Assembly: GCA_040754655.1 (NCBI GenBank)
Contig: JBFMCE010000048.1
Span: forward strand, 1 to 30,597
Origin: Bdellovibrionota bacterium
GTDB lineage: Bacteria > Bdellovibrionota > UBA1018 > UBA923
Length of the DNA stretch: 30,597 bases
Direction: 5' to 3'
Made by a program: the position numbers and the translations under genes. Each line of letters opens with the position of its first letter. Positions within the stretch are counted from its first letter, which is position 1. Shown piece by piece: positions 18,259-26,402 of the stretch. The notes below the pieces were generated by a model. It saw nothing but the letters and a program-made list of their open reading frames with translations. It had not been told where the DNA came from and did not search any database.

Positions 18259-19101
18259 CTATCCGAAAGATTTAATGAGAGAACCAACGACCAATTGCCA
18301 TCCATCGACCAGAACAAATAAAAGAAGTTTAAATGGAAAAGAGATCACGACAGGAGGCAACATCATCATGCCCATGGCCATCAAGACGCTTGAAATCACC
18401 ATGTCAAGCACTAGGAAGGGCAAGTAAAGCATGAAGCCCATTTGAAAAGAGGTCTTGAGTTCGCTCAAGATGAACGAGGGCACCAAGACATACGTCGGAA
18501 CGTCATTCCTGTTCTTTGGCTTCGACAGTTTAGCAAGCCCCATCATCGCCTCGATGTCCTTCTCGCGGGTTTGCTTGAACATGAATAAGCGAATCGGACC
18601 CTCTGCGCGGCTCAGCGCGTCTCCCTGATCGATCTGGCTGTTCATATAAGGCTCGACCGCCGAACTCTGGATCGTCTTGAACGTGGGTGCCATCACGAAG
18701 AACGTGAGAAACAGCGCAAGCCCCACGATCAACTGGTTTGGAGGCATTTGCTGCGTGCCGATGGCCTGTCGCAGGAATGAGAGCACCACCACGATTCTCG
18801 TGAATGACGTCATCAAGATCAAAATCGCTGGTGCAAGCGAGAGCACCGTGAGCATGATCATGATCTTCACGACGTTTGCGACTTCCGTGGGCTTTCCTGC
18901 TTCGGTCAAGCCAAACGAAAGCGTCGGAATTCCGACTGAGGCTTGGGTCTGAGTTCCCTGCGGAGGCGTCGTTCTGTCATTCGGGCCCGCCGCGAGCGCC
19001 GCGCTCCCAAGGACCAGCGAAACAACGAAAACGAGCGCTGTCTTCAGGCCAAGAGCTTGATGCATTTTTTTCAGCCCTGCTCGTTCCATGAACGCACCCA
19101 T
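18259..19101 (-). CDS. fliP: Flagellar biosynthesis protein FliP
   Basis: MTSFTRIVVVLSFLRQAIGTQQMPPNQ, SELKTSFQMGF, MGMMMLPP, FVLVDGW. N-terminal signal peptide; exact start uncertain. Confidence 0.97.
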   Translation of the reverse strand: MGAFMERAGLKKMHQALGLKTALVFVVSLVLGSAALAAGPNDRTTPPQGTQTQASVGIPTLSFGLTEAGKPTEVANVVKIMIMLTVLSLAPAILILMTSFTRIVVVLSFLRQAIGTQQMPPNQLIVGLALFLTFFVMAPTFKTIQSSAVEPYMNSQIDQGDALSRAEGPIRLFMFKQTREKDIEAMMGLAKLSKPKNRNDVPTYVLVPSFILSELKTSFQMGFMLYLPFLVLDMVISSVLMAMGMMMLPPVVISFPFKLLLFVLVDGWQLVVGSLIKSFG

Positions 19102-19110
19102 CGTTTGCCT

Positions 19111-20334
19111 TTACGCCAGCGGTTTAAGTTTAGTGAGTTTTTGTTTGATGCTTGCCCTGACCGGAGACAATTCTACTCGATCCGTCATTCCTTTGATCAA
19201 GTTGCCGGCAGGCGAAGAATCTTCAGCCACGTCACGGGCGCCATCATAGTTTTTTGGGTTGATCGGCGCGTGAGTGATCGATGCCTTTACCGCGGGCTGC
19301 TCAGTCTGCGCGTCGGCTAAATCGATCTCTTTCGATACTTTTGGGTCTTTGGCGTAAGAGCCCAGATGTTTCTCAAACGTGCCGCCCCAGAAACGATCTT
19401 CAAGGTATTTTTCGACGTTAACTTCGGCGCCAAGCTTGGTGATCAGTGAAATGCCTTCATTTGAAACCCCGACCACCATGTATTCGCCAGCCACCTTCAC
19501 CAGCGACATGCTCTTTTTCCCGCCCAAGTAATGGGTCGCGACGACTTGAATCAGGCGTTCTTTTTTCCCGAATGGAAGCTTTTTGAGTTTGCCCGAGTAA
19601 CGTTTCAGCAAGAACACTCCCCCGCCGAACAAAGCCAGGATGGCGAAAAGAACGACGAACATCCGCAGGAAGTGCCGAGAAGGATCAGATTTCGGCGCGA
19701 TCGATTTGATCGAGTCGTCCGCGGGTTCTTTTGAAGCACGCTCTTCCTTGTCAGCGCTTTTCAGCGGTTGTTCAAGCGCCGCTCGAACCGACTCGGGGTT
19801 GTGGATGTCGATCTCGGCGGTGTTTTTGATCACCTCGCTGATGAGCTTCTTTTCTTCCGGCTTCTCGACAGGACTTGCCACATTCGTTTTCTCAACGGCT
19901 TTCGGCTCATCGGCGAAGCTGGTTTTCTCGGCCTTCAAGGGTTCCTTCAAAAATACCCGAACGGCTCTCGGGGAAGTATTCCAAAGAGTAAGTTTGCCTT
20001 TGGCCCAACGGTGGTCGCTCTTCAAAATGATGCGCAAACGCGTGGTATCGGAATCATAAGGATACGCGAACACCTTCTGTACTTCGCTTTGCGAGACGGT
20101 AACCATCCGGGCTGCGTCGATCTTCGTCGATTTCAAGACCAGCTGCACGAAGTTGCGTTCATAACTGGGCTTTATGCTCTTGGCCAAGACGGGTCGGTCA
20201 AACAAAAGATCAACCATGACCCCTGAGTCTGAGCGCTTTGCATTGACTTGGTTTAACTTCACGGCGGAAACGGCCGATTGCGGGATGAAGAACGTTGCGA
20301 GAAATGCAAAAATACTGACCAGCCAAAATCTCAT
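19111..20334 (-). CDS. fliO: Long FliO/FliZ with signal peptide and N-terminal periplasmic (AMIN-like) domain
   Basis: TM followed by the FliO motif LIQVVATHYLGGKKSMSLVKVAGEYMVVGVS. Lies between fliN and fliP. AGGAGG SD 7 nt before the ATG at 20334. Confidence 0.85.
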   Translation of the reverse strand: MRFWLVSIFAFLATFFIPQSAVSAVKLNQVNAKRSDSGVMVDLLFDRPVLAKSIKPSYERNFVQLVLKSTKIDAARMVTVSQSEVQKVFAYPYDSDTTRLRIILKSDHRWAKGKLTLWNTSPRAVRVFLKEPLKAEKTSFADEPKAVEKTNVASPVEKPEEKKLISEVIKNTAEIDIHNPESVRAALEQPLKSADKEERASKEPADDSIKSIAPKSDPSRHFLRMFVVLFAILALFGGGVFLLKRYSGKLKKLPFGKKERLIQVVATHYLGGKKSMSLVKVAGEYMVVGVSNEGISLITKLGAEVNVEKYLEDRFWGGTFEKHLGSYAKDPKVSKEIDLADAQTEQPAVKASITHAPINPKNYDGARDVAEDSSPAGNLIKGMTDRVELSPVRASIKQKLTKLKPLA

Positions 20335-20388
20335 CGTCGCGCCTCCTGCGCTTAAAGCCATTGCACCATCCTAGTGCGTTTTTTTTCG

Positions 20389-20802
20389 TTACTTCAACTG
20401 CTCGATGCGCTCTACCGGAGAGATGATATCGGTGAGCCTGATCCCAAACTTTTCGTTCACGACCACGACCTCTCCGCGAGCCACAAGCTTGTCGTTCACC
20501 AGAACTTCAAGCGGCTCACCGGCAAACTTTGAAAGCTCAACCACTGAACCTTGCGCAAGTTGCAGGATGTCTCGGATCATCATCTTGGTTCGACCCAGCT
20601 CGACGGTGACCTTCAGCGGGATATCAAGGATGAAGTCAAGCGTCTGGACTGGAGCGCTCTGGCCACCCTTCTTTACCTCCGGCCCCGGGGCTACCGCCCC
20701 TGCCTCTGGTTTGGGAGCTCCCTCTGCTGGTGCGCCGCCTCCCAAAGCAGCAGCCATTGCCGCTGCGGCATCGTCTATTGATTGCGCTGTTTGATCAGCC
20801 AT
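20389..20802 (-). CDS. fliN: Flagellar motor switch protein FliN
   Basis: LDFILDIPLKVTVELGRT...GSVVEL..AGEPLEVLVN..LVARGEVVVVNEKFGIRLTDI. Confidence 0.97.
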   Translation of the reverse strand: MADQTAQSIDDAAAAMAAALGGGAPAEGAPKPEAGAVAPGPEVKKGGQSAPVQTLDFILDIPLKVTVELGRTKMMIRDILQLAQGSVVELSKFAGEPLEVLVNDKLVARGEVVVVNEKFGIRLTDIISPVERIEQLK

Positions 20803-20813
20803 TTCCTACTCCT

Positions 20814-21830
20814 TTATTGATCTGACACCGGACGAGTGACTTGTACTGCTCTATTTCCTCTTGATACCCCGAACAAACACCTGAACTTTGGGACGCCTTC
20901 AAGAAGCACGCTCAATTCGCCATCGGCATCTTGAGTGAGTGGGATGATGTCTCCGACGTTCAAGTTCACAAGATCGCCGACCGTGATCGCCGTCTCACCG
21001 AGATTCACGACCACCTCGGCCTCAACATCATGCAAGTGCTCACTGAGGGTCTTGGTCCAAAGCTTGTCTTTGCTATCCGTTTCAGCCTGAAACGTAGCAT
21101 TCAATTTCTGTTTGATCGGCTCGATCGTCGAATAAGGAATGACGAGAGCGATCGTGCCACTGGCGTTCTCGAGCTCGACTTCAAACGTCGTCGAGATGAT
21201 CACATCGCTAGGGGGAACCACGCCCACGAACTGAGGGTTCACTTCGGTGCGCACGAAACTGATTTTCGTCTTATGCACCGGGGCCCAGGCCTCTTCAAGG
21301 TCAGCGATGGCGAGGTCCATGACTTTTTTGATGATAGAGAGCTCAATGTGAGTGAATTCTTTTCCTTCAATCTTGGTGTAAGGACGATCCGTGCCTCCGA
21401 AGTAGGAATCGACGAGAGCATAGGCAAGCTTGCTTTCAAACACCAAAAGCGCCGGTCCCCTTAGGGCCTCGAACCTCATGATGCTCATGCAGCTTGGAAT
21501 CGGCAATGTATTGACGAACTCGCCGAACTTGAGCAAGTCGGTTGAAATGATTGAAATGCTCGCGATCTTCCTCAAGCTGTTTGAAAGGCTAATACGAAAC
21601 AGGCGTATGAACCTTTCATAGATGATGTCCAGCGTGGGCATCCGACCGCGGATCACGCGGTCTTGGTTCGTCAAATCGTAAGCCGCGACTTCCTGTTCAG
21701 GCGCCGCTTCAACACCGCCCGTGGCGGCGGCTCCCGCATCAGCCCCAGCAGTGGCGCCGAGATCAAGGTTGCCCTCGCTCACCGCGCTGAGTAACGCGTC
21801 GACTTCGTTTTGTGTCAGTACCTGATTCAC
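20814..21830 (-). CDS. fliM: Flagellar motor switch protein FliM
   Basis: N-terminal CheY-binding LTQNEVDALL, GRMPTLDIIYERF, YFGG, EVNPQF, C-terminal SPOA domain. GTG start. Confidence 0.97.
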   Translation of the reverse strand: MNQVLTQNEVDALLSAVSEGNLDLGATAGADAGAAATGGVEAAPEQEVAAYDLTNQDRVIRGRMPTLDIIYERFIRLFRISLSNSLRKIASISIISTDLLKFGEFVNTLPIPSCMSIMRFEALRGPALLVFESKLAYALVDSYFGGTDRPYTKIEGKEFTHIELSIIKKVMDLAIADLEEAWAPVHKTKISFVRTEVNPQFVGVVPPSDVIISTTFEVELENASGTIALVIPYSTIEPIKQKLNATFQAETDSKDKLWTKTLSEHLHDVEAEVVVNLGETAITVGDLVNLNVGDIIPLTQDADGELSVLLEGVPKFRCLFGVSRGNRAVQVTRPVSDQ

Positions 21831-21841
21831 GTTAAGAACCC

Positions 21842-22465
21842 CTAATTGCTAATCGCAAAGTTCGTAAAATAAACTCCCTTGACTTTGCTTTGCACCATGA
21901 ACCCATTGACGGCCCTTTTTATATCATCTTTCAATCGTTCTCTTGCCTCGACAGCGTTGATTTCGTTGGCGCGTTTTGAGTTCAATAAATTAATGATCGT
22001 GTCTCTGACCCTGGGCAACTTCACGTCAAACTCTTTGTCAGCGACGCCCTGCTCTAGCTCAATCGATACATTCATCCGCACATAACGAGGATGCGTGCCT
22101 ACTCCGGTCGTCAGATTCACCGTGAACGGCTCAAGAGGTATGATCTTCCCTGAGTCGCTCACGCCGGCGTCCCCATGCCCGCTTTTCGCGTCTCCATGTC
22201 CGCCCGAGGCTTCCCCGTGTCCTTCTTTAGCTTCACCATGGCCGCCCTTGGCTTCGCCATGCCCGCCTTTAGCTTGCCCACTCACGATATCTTGCACCGT
22301 GGGCGTCGACTTCTCTTTTTGATGCGAAATCATCAGCACTGCGATGATTCCCAACGTCGCCACCATATTGACTAAAGACGCGATCACGACGAGCTTGCTC
22401 GTGCCACCCGAGGTCCCACCGCCCCCCGCTGCTACCGCTTGTTGCTGATTTTCTTCGGCTGCCAT
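21842..22465 (-). CDS. fliL: Flagellar basal body-associated protein FliL
   Basis: Single TM, LEPFTVNL, PRVRDTII.LL, VKGVYFTNF. Start reset to the ATG at 22465, which has an SD-like AAGGATGGGA and lies downstream of the sigma54 promoter. Confidence 0.94.
   Translation of the reverse strand: MAAEENQQQAVAAGGGGTSGGTSKLVVIASLVNMVATLGIIAVLMISHQKEKSTPTVQDIVSGQAKGGHGEAKGGHGEAKEGHGEASGGHGDAKSGHGDAGVSDSGKIIPLEPFTVNLTTGVGTHPRYVRMNVSIELEQGVADKEFDVKLPRVRDTIINLLNSKRANEINAVEARERLKDDIKRAVNGFMVQSKVKGVYFTNFAISN
22169..22273 (-). repeat. Five in-frame 21-nt repeats encoding A(K/S)xGHG(E/D) in FliL
   Basis: AKGGHGE-AKGGHGE-AKEGHGE-ASGGHGD-AKSGHGD. Confidence 0.9.
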
Positions 22466-22493
22466 AATCCCATCCTTATCCAAGACCTTGAAA

Positions 22494-22509
22494 AGCAATC
22501 CATGTGCCA
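22494..22509 (-). promoter_or_regulatory. Sigma54 (-24/-12) promoter of the fliL...fliA operon
   Basis: Minus strand TGGCAC-ATGGA-TTGCT is an exact match to TGGCAC-N5-TTGCW, 28 nt upstream of the fliL ATG. Confidence 0.88.
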
Positions 22510-22665
22510 TGCACCAAAACAGGTGGGCAGCGCTCAACACGGAATATTTTTCCCAGTCGGGGCTCAAGGGCTAAACCTTTAAAAACAACCCTTTACCGAA
22601 GCCGCGCGTGAAAAGGCATGCCGCAGAATAATTTCAAAATCAGTCCCATTACCTCGCCTTTCTCC

Positions 22666-22707
22666 GTCAAAGGATTGATTGCGACGACGTAAAGCCAAAA
22701 AATTGAC
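22666..22707. promoter_or_regulatory. Candidate bEBP enhancer and/or IHF sites
   Basis: GTCAAAGGATTGAT (22666-22679) and GCCAAAAAATTGAC (22694-22707) resemble GTCA-N6-TGAC dyads. The minus strand at 22668-22680 reads AATCAATCCTTTG, matching the IHF consensus WATCAANNNNTTR. Confidence 0.4.
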
Positions 22708-22852
22708 GACTGTATCGGTTCTTGATCCGGCGCGAACGCAAAAACACCGAATCCATCTGATGTGCAGACTTTTATGATCATCAAATAAAATATGTTTGTA
22801 CTAATTCAACTACAGATAATGCGAATCAACGCCTCTTTATGGCCTCGAAAAC

Positions 22853-22868
22853 TGGCCCCAGTATTGCT
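22853..22868 (+). promoter_or_regulatory. Sigma54 promoter of the metallopeptidase gene
   Basis: TGGCCC-CAGTA-TTGCT (GG-N10-GC), 52 nt upstream of the ATG at 22921, with an AAGGAGG SD between them. Confidence 0.68.
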
Positions 22869-22920
22869 TATACCCTAATACTCGAATCAACTTCGAAGCA
22901 TCTGCTCAAGGAGGAACAGC

Positions 22921-24879
22921 ATGTCGCGCTCTCTTCACCTATTTCCAATTCTCATCCTGGTCGTTCTTTTCGCCTGCAAGTCCGAGGATGCGCCATCAAA
23001 CGGCGGGGCTCTTTCATCTACGCCCGCGCTCACCGGCCCTATCGATCCCGCGCCGAATCCAAATGCTTGTTCAGAGCCAGGCCTTTTCGTAGTGCCTGCC
23101 GGCGAAATCGCTGACCCCGTCAACACTCAAGAAGAAGAACCTTTGAACGCTTCGGTTCAAAACCTGCTTCGAAACCGAGGGCAAGCGCACGAACTCAAGC
23201 TCGCCCTGCAATCAAGAATCCATTCACTGAGGCAGAGAGCGAAGCGCGATCCGCGCTCTGTCTTAAAGGCAAGGCTATCGGCTTCAGCCTTGGCGCAGAT
23301 CCCGCAAGACGCGGCCTCTTGCCTTGAGCAACCGACCCAAGAAGAAGGTGAAGTGGAAGTTCTCGAAGCCTTCAGCGAAAACAACGAGATTACCCTGCAA
23401 GTCTTGTTTACATCGACATCGGGAAAGAAGCGCCAATTGCACTTCGCAGGAACGGCACCGGGGCTGCAAACAGGCGACAAGGTTCGCATCCAAGGATTGG
23501 CTCTGCCCTTCTGCGGCACCGATTCAGCCGCTGAACCAGAACCTACGGTGATTGATTCTGAAACCCAAGGTCTCGAAGTCGTTCAAGCTGCGATCTTGCC
23601 CTCGACTTTTGGGCCGCAGAACACCGCTGTCGTCTTAGTGGGGTTTTCAGATCTCGCAAACACCTACACTTTAGAGAAAACCCAAGATGTTTTCTTTAAT
23701 CAAGTGCACAACTACCTTCTCGAAACTTCGTATGGCCAGACCTCACTCACAGGCCAAGTCTTTGGACCCTACTCTATTTCTCTTTCGCGAAGCGGCTGCG
23801 ACAGCAATTCCATCGCAAGTCTTGCCAACGCCCAAGCGTCGCAACGCGGGGTAAACCTCTCGCAGTACCGCAGGATCGTTTACGTCTTTCCAAAGAATGG
23901 TTGCAGCTGGTTGGGACTAGGAACGATCGGAGGAAATCCTTCACGATCCTGGATCAACGGATCGTTGGTTCTGCACACGGTTGCGCATGAGCTTGGGCAC
24001 AACTTGGGTCTCTATCACTCTAATGCCATGAATTGTGGTTCAGCCTCGATTGCTTCGAGCTGCAGCACCATCGAATACGGGGATACCACCGATATCATGG
24101 GCAATCTCGTCGCCGGCCATTACAACGCTTTTCAAAAAGAGCGGCTGGGATGGCTGGGTTACGGCGCGCAACCTCAAATTGCAACGGCTTCTGCAAGCGG
24201 GATCTTCGAACTTGAACCTTATTCCTTGCAAGGATCGTCGCGCGTAAAGGCCGTCAAGGTATTGAGGTCGACAAACTCGGCCGGAAAGAAGACCTACTAC
24301 TACGTTGAATACCGACAGCCCACCGGATTTGACTCGGCTCTCGCCAGATCAAGTTCATACAACCTCACCTCAGGCGTGGTTATACACCAGGGCTCTGAGG
24401 TGACCGCCAACTCAAGTTACTTGCTGAACATGAATCCGACGCAAAGTTCGTGGTATAAAGCGGCACTTGGCGTAGGTCAAACCTTCACCGACTCAACCGC
24501 AGGAGTTCAAATCAAGCTTGTTTCAGCAAACCCAAATGCTGCTACGGTTTCGGTTACTCTGGGCAACTCTCCTGTTCCGCGCCTGGTGCTCTCTACACGT
24601 CTTGTGAAGCAGGTTTTTAGAATCAGAGAACAGGTGCGCATCGCTCTAGAGGCCGTCAGTGACAGTGCCGCCGCCGCGGGTGCCGACTTCACTCTTGAAG
24701 TGCGTGAACCTAACGGTAACGTGGTTCGACAGACCGGAGTACTTGATTCCGAAGGCAAAGCGACTGTCACTCTAGGAATCAGCGCTTGTGCCTCAGGAGG
24801 CACCTATCAAGTCGCTTCACAGGTGAAACTGCAAGATGCGCAGACAAGTGACGCTGCGGTATTTTCCGTAAGTCTGTGA
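22921..24879 (+). CDS. Lipoprotein zinc metallopeptidase (metzincin, M11 gametolysin-like) with prodomain and C-terminal Ig-like domain
   Basis: Lipobox LFA-C. HELGHNLGLYHS (HExxHxxGxxH). EYGD..DIMG Met-turn. KERLGWL and YYVEYRQP.GFD. Beta-rich C-terminus. Confidence 0.82.
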   Translation: MSRSLHLFPILILVVLFACKSEDAPSNGGALSSTPALTGPIDPAPNPNACSEPGLFVVPAGEIADPVNTQEEEPLNASVQNLLRNRGQAHELKLALQSRIHSLRQRAKRDPRSVLKARLSASALAQIPQDAASCLEQPTQEEGEVEVLEAFSENNEITLQVLFTSTSGKKRQLHFAGTAPGLQTGDKVRIQGLALPFCGTDSAAEPEPTVIDSETQGLEVVQAAILPSTFGPQNTAVVLVGFSDLANTYTLEKTQDVFFNQVHNYLLETSYGQTSLTGQVFGPYSISLSRSGCDSNSIASLANAQASQRGVNLSQYRRIVYVFPKNGCSWLGLGTIGGNPSRSWINGSLVLHTVAHELGHNLGLYHSNAMNCGSASIASSCSTIEYGDTTDIMGNLVAGHYNAFQKERLGWLGYGAQPQIATASASGIFELEPYSLQGSSRVKAVKVLRSTNSAGKKTYYYVEYRQPTGFDSALARSSSYNLTSGVVIHQGSEVTANSSYLLNMNPTQSSWYKAALGVGQTFTDSTAGVQIKLVSANPNAATVSVTLGNSPVPRLVLSTRLVKQVFRIREQVRIALEAVSDSAAAAGADFTLEVREPNGNVVRQTGVLDSEGKATVTLGISACASGGTYQVASQVKLQDAQTSDAAVFSVSL

Positions 24880-24992
24880 GTGCAAAGGTTGCGAGAGATC
24901 GCCGTCCTGCACCAGCGTTTTTCGGTAGAGGGTGGTGGGCGAGCTTAATTGTTTTTCCTCCGTTCGCGAATGGCAACCCGTTGGCGACAAAG

Positions 24993-25023
24993 TTGCAGGC
25001 GCACGAGGCAGTAGCACCTGCAA
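24993..25023 (-). other. Stem-loop downstream of the Y1 transposase-like gene
   Basis: Minus strand TTGCAGGTGC-N11-GCGCCTGCAA (10 bp, one G-U pair), lying between convergent genes. Confidence 0.45.
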
Positions 25024-25046
25024 TGACCGCACTTTCATTGTCGAAC

Positions 25047-25841
25047 TCAAAGGAGCAGTGGCACCTCTCTCAGCATGCCTCTTTTGTCAAAGAGAATGAG
25101 GTCCGTTTGCAGAAGATCGAGCACTCCTGACTTTACTGGGTTTTGAAAGATATAGCGGATTGTGTTTGTGAGGTCTCTTCCATATTTCACTGCGCGCGAC
25201 CAGAGGCGCTGCTTCCAGAGTGAGGTGAGAGACAGGCCATTGAGGGAACCTCCGGTGCCGGACTTGGCACCCGCGTCGATTCCGATTCCAACTCCGGCTC
25301 CGACGCCGGAGCGGGTCGCGGTCATGGTGGTGGGGCTGAGGCCACCGCCGCTAGTAGTACCAATGCTAGTACTAGTACTGGTATTGGCACTGGCGCCAGT
25401 GCTACCAGTAGTGCTGGTACTGACAGTGACGGTGCGGATAGCAGCGCTAGCGCCAATACCGCTGCCAATGCCGCTGCCAATGCCGGTGCTGGTATTGGCC
25501 TTGAGCTTTCGTGAGCTCAATGCTTGCTTCTCCCTAAGCTTCCCCAGTATCGACTTCGCTATTCTACCTGCAACACTTCTATGAAAGTTTGCAAAACTCT
25601 CACCAGAAGGCGTCTTTAGCGCAAGATGAATGTGATTGCATTCAATGGCTATCGCCTTAAGCTCGATCTTCCACTTGATCTGCTCTTCTCTAATGATTTG
25701 TTTAATCTGCTCGGCATGTCTTCTGAGCACCGGGAAATGTGCTTTGAGCACACAGTGGTTGTATTGCTTAACTGAAATCTCTCTTCTCACTTTTCTTTTT
25801 GCATACTTATTCTCTTTGAAAAGAGTCAGTTGTTGTCGCAT
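25047..25841 (-). CDS. Y1 HUH transposase-like protein (IS200/RAYT superfamily) with Gly/Ser/Thr insertion
   Basis: HUH motif NHIHL. LWKQRLWSRAV..GRD...TIRYIFQNP contains the catalytic Tyr. Start is either MRQQLTLF (25841) or 25859. Confidence 0.8.
   Translation of the reverse strand: MRQQLTLFKENKYAKRKVRREISVKQYNHCVLKAHFPVLRRHAEQIKQIIREEQIKWKIELKAIAIECNHIHLALKTPSGESFANFHRSVAGRIAKSILGKLREKQALSSRKLKANTSTGIGSGIGSGIGASAAIRTVTVSTSTTGSTGASANTSTSTSIGTTSGGGLSPTTMTATRSGVGAGVGIGIDAGAKSGTGGSLNGLSLTSLWKQRLWSRAVKYGRDLTNTIRYIFQNPVKSGVLDLLQTDLILFDKRGMLREVPLLL
25245..25499 (-). repeat. Low-complexity in-frame 6/12-nt repeats (Gly/Ser/Thr/Ile/Ala) inside the transposase-like gene
   Basis: Plus-strand units such as ccgctgccaatg and ctagta, and a duplicated gt(g/a)ctggtattggc encoding ANTST twice. 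Confidence 0.85.
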
Positions 25842-25923
25842 TTTTTTCACTATCCTCATTGGAAGAAAGATTTAAGTCCCTGACTGCTCGTAAAAAAGGC
25901 CTCTTATTTTCAGAAAAAGATGG

Positions 25924-25939
25924 AGCAACACTCATGCCA
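25924..25939 (-). promoter_or_regulatory. Sigma54 promoter facing the Y1 transposase-like gene
   Basis: Minus strand TGGCAT-GAGTG-TTGCT (GG-N10-GC, near consensus), 64-82 nt upstream of the possible starts. Confidence 0.65.
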
Positions 25940-26085
25940 GCTGTTAGCGCATGATTCTTCGATTAAACGCACGCAAATTAAAATCGATAGAAAAATCTCA
26001 TCTCAGTGAAGGTGCGCCTCGGGGCGATGATAAAGCAAAAGAATTGGGGGTGATTTAAAATGCAATAGCGGCATCGCAATCGAAA

Positions 26086-26319
26086 ACTGTCTGGTCACAC
26101 GGACAGTATTTTTTTCAAGACCATGAGGAAATTTTTCAAAACACTCTTTCGTGATTCCGGCTGCGCAACAAAAAAAATTTTCAAAGGCTTTCCCGGTATT
26201 CTGGCTGTGCAAAAAAATTTCAAAACACTCATGTCAAACGATCTATCCAAACGCCCTGCTTTACGCCAGACAGTGCATCTTAACCCCAACCGTTCATTCC
26301 AAGCGCCCTGCTCTACCCC
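26086..26319. repeat. Cluster of degenerate direct and inverted repeats
   Basis: Hairpin ACTGTCTG/CGGACAGT (26086-26107). Three AAAT(T)nCAAA units at ~26129, 26175 and 26215. Direct repeat TCCAA(A/G)CGCCCTGCT(T/C)TAC(G/C)CC at 26246-26267 and 26298-26319. Confidence 0.7.
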
Positions 26320-26402
26320 GAACAAGGCATCGTATACGTCAATTGACGGAATTTCCCAGAACTGTTACCCCTGCTTAAGTCTGTGCTTTTTGGGGGTATA
26401 AA

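Noticed and set aside
22466..22567. N-terminal extension of FliL in the ORF track
   Set aside because: It spans the sigma54 promoter; the ATG at 22465 has an SD and fits better.
24880..25046. REP elements flanking a RAYT
   Set aside because: GTAG/GTGG tetramers occur but are not followed by repeated palindromes, and no multi-copy REP is seen in the window.
25162..25584. 140-aa hydrophobic plus-strand ORF
   Set aside because: Antisense reading of the low-complexity insert in the Y1 gene.
26086..26319. Possible CRISPR array
   Set aside because: Units are degenerate and few, with no constant repeat plus unique spacer pattern and no cas genes in the window.
26095..26401. Short ORFs in the repeat spacer
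   Set aside because: Overlapping ORFs on both strands over repeats, with no convincing SD or protein motifs.
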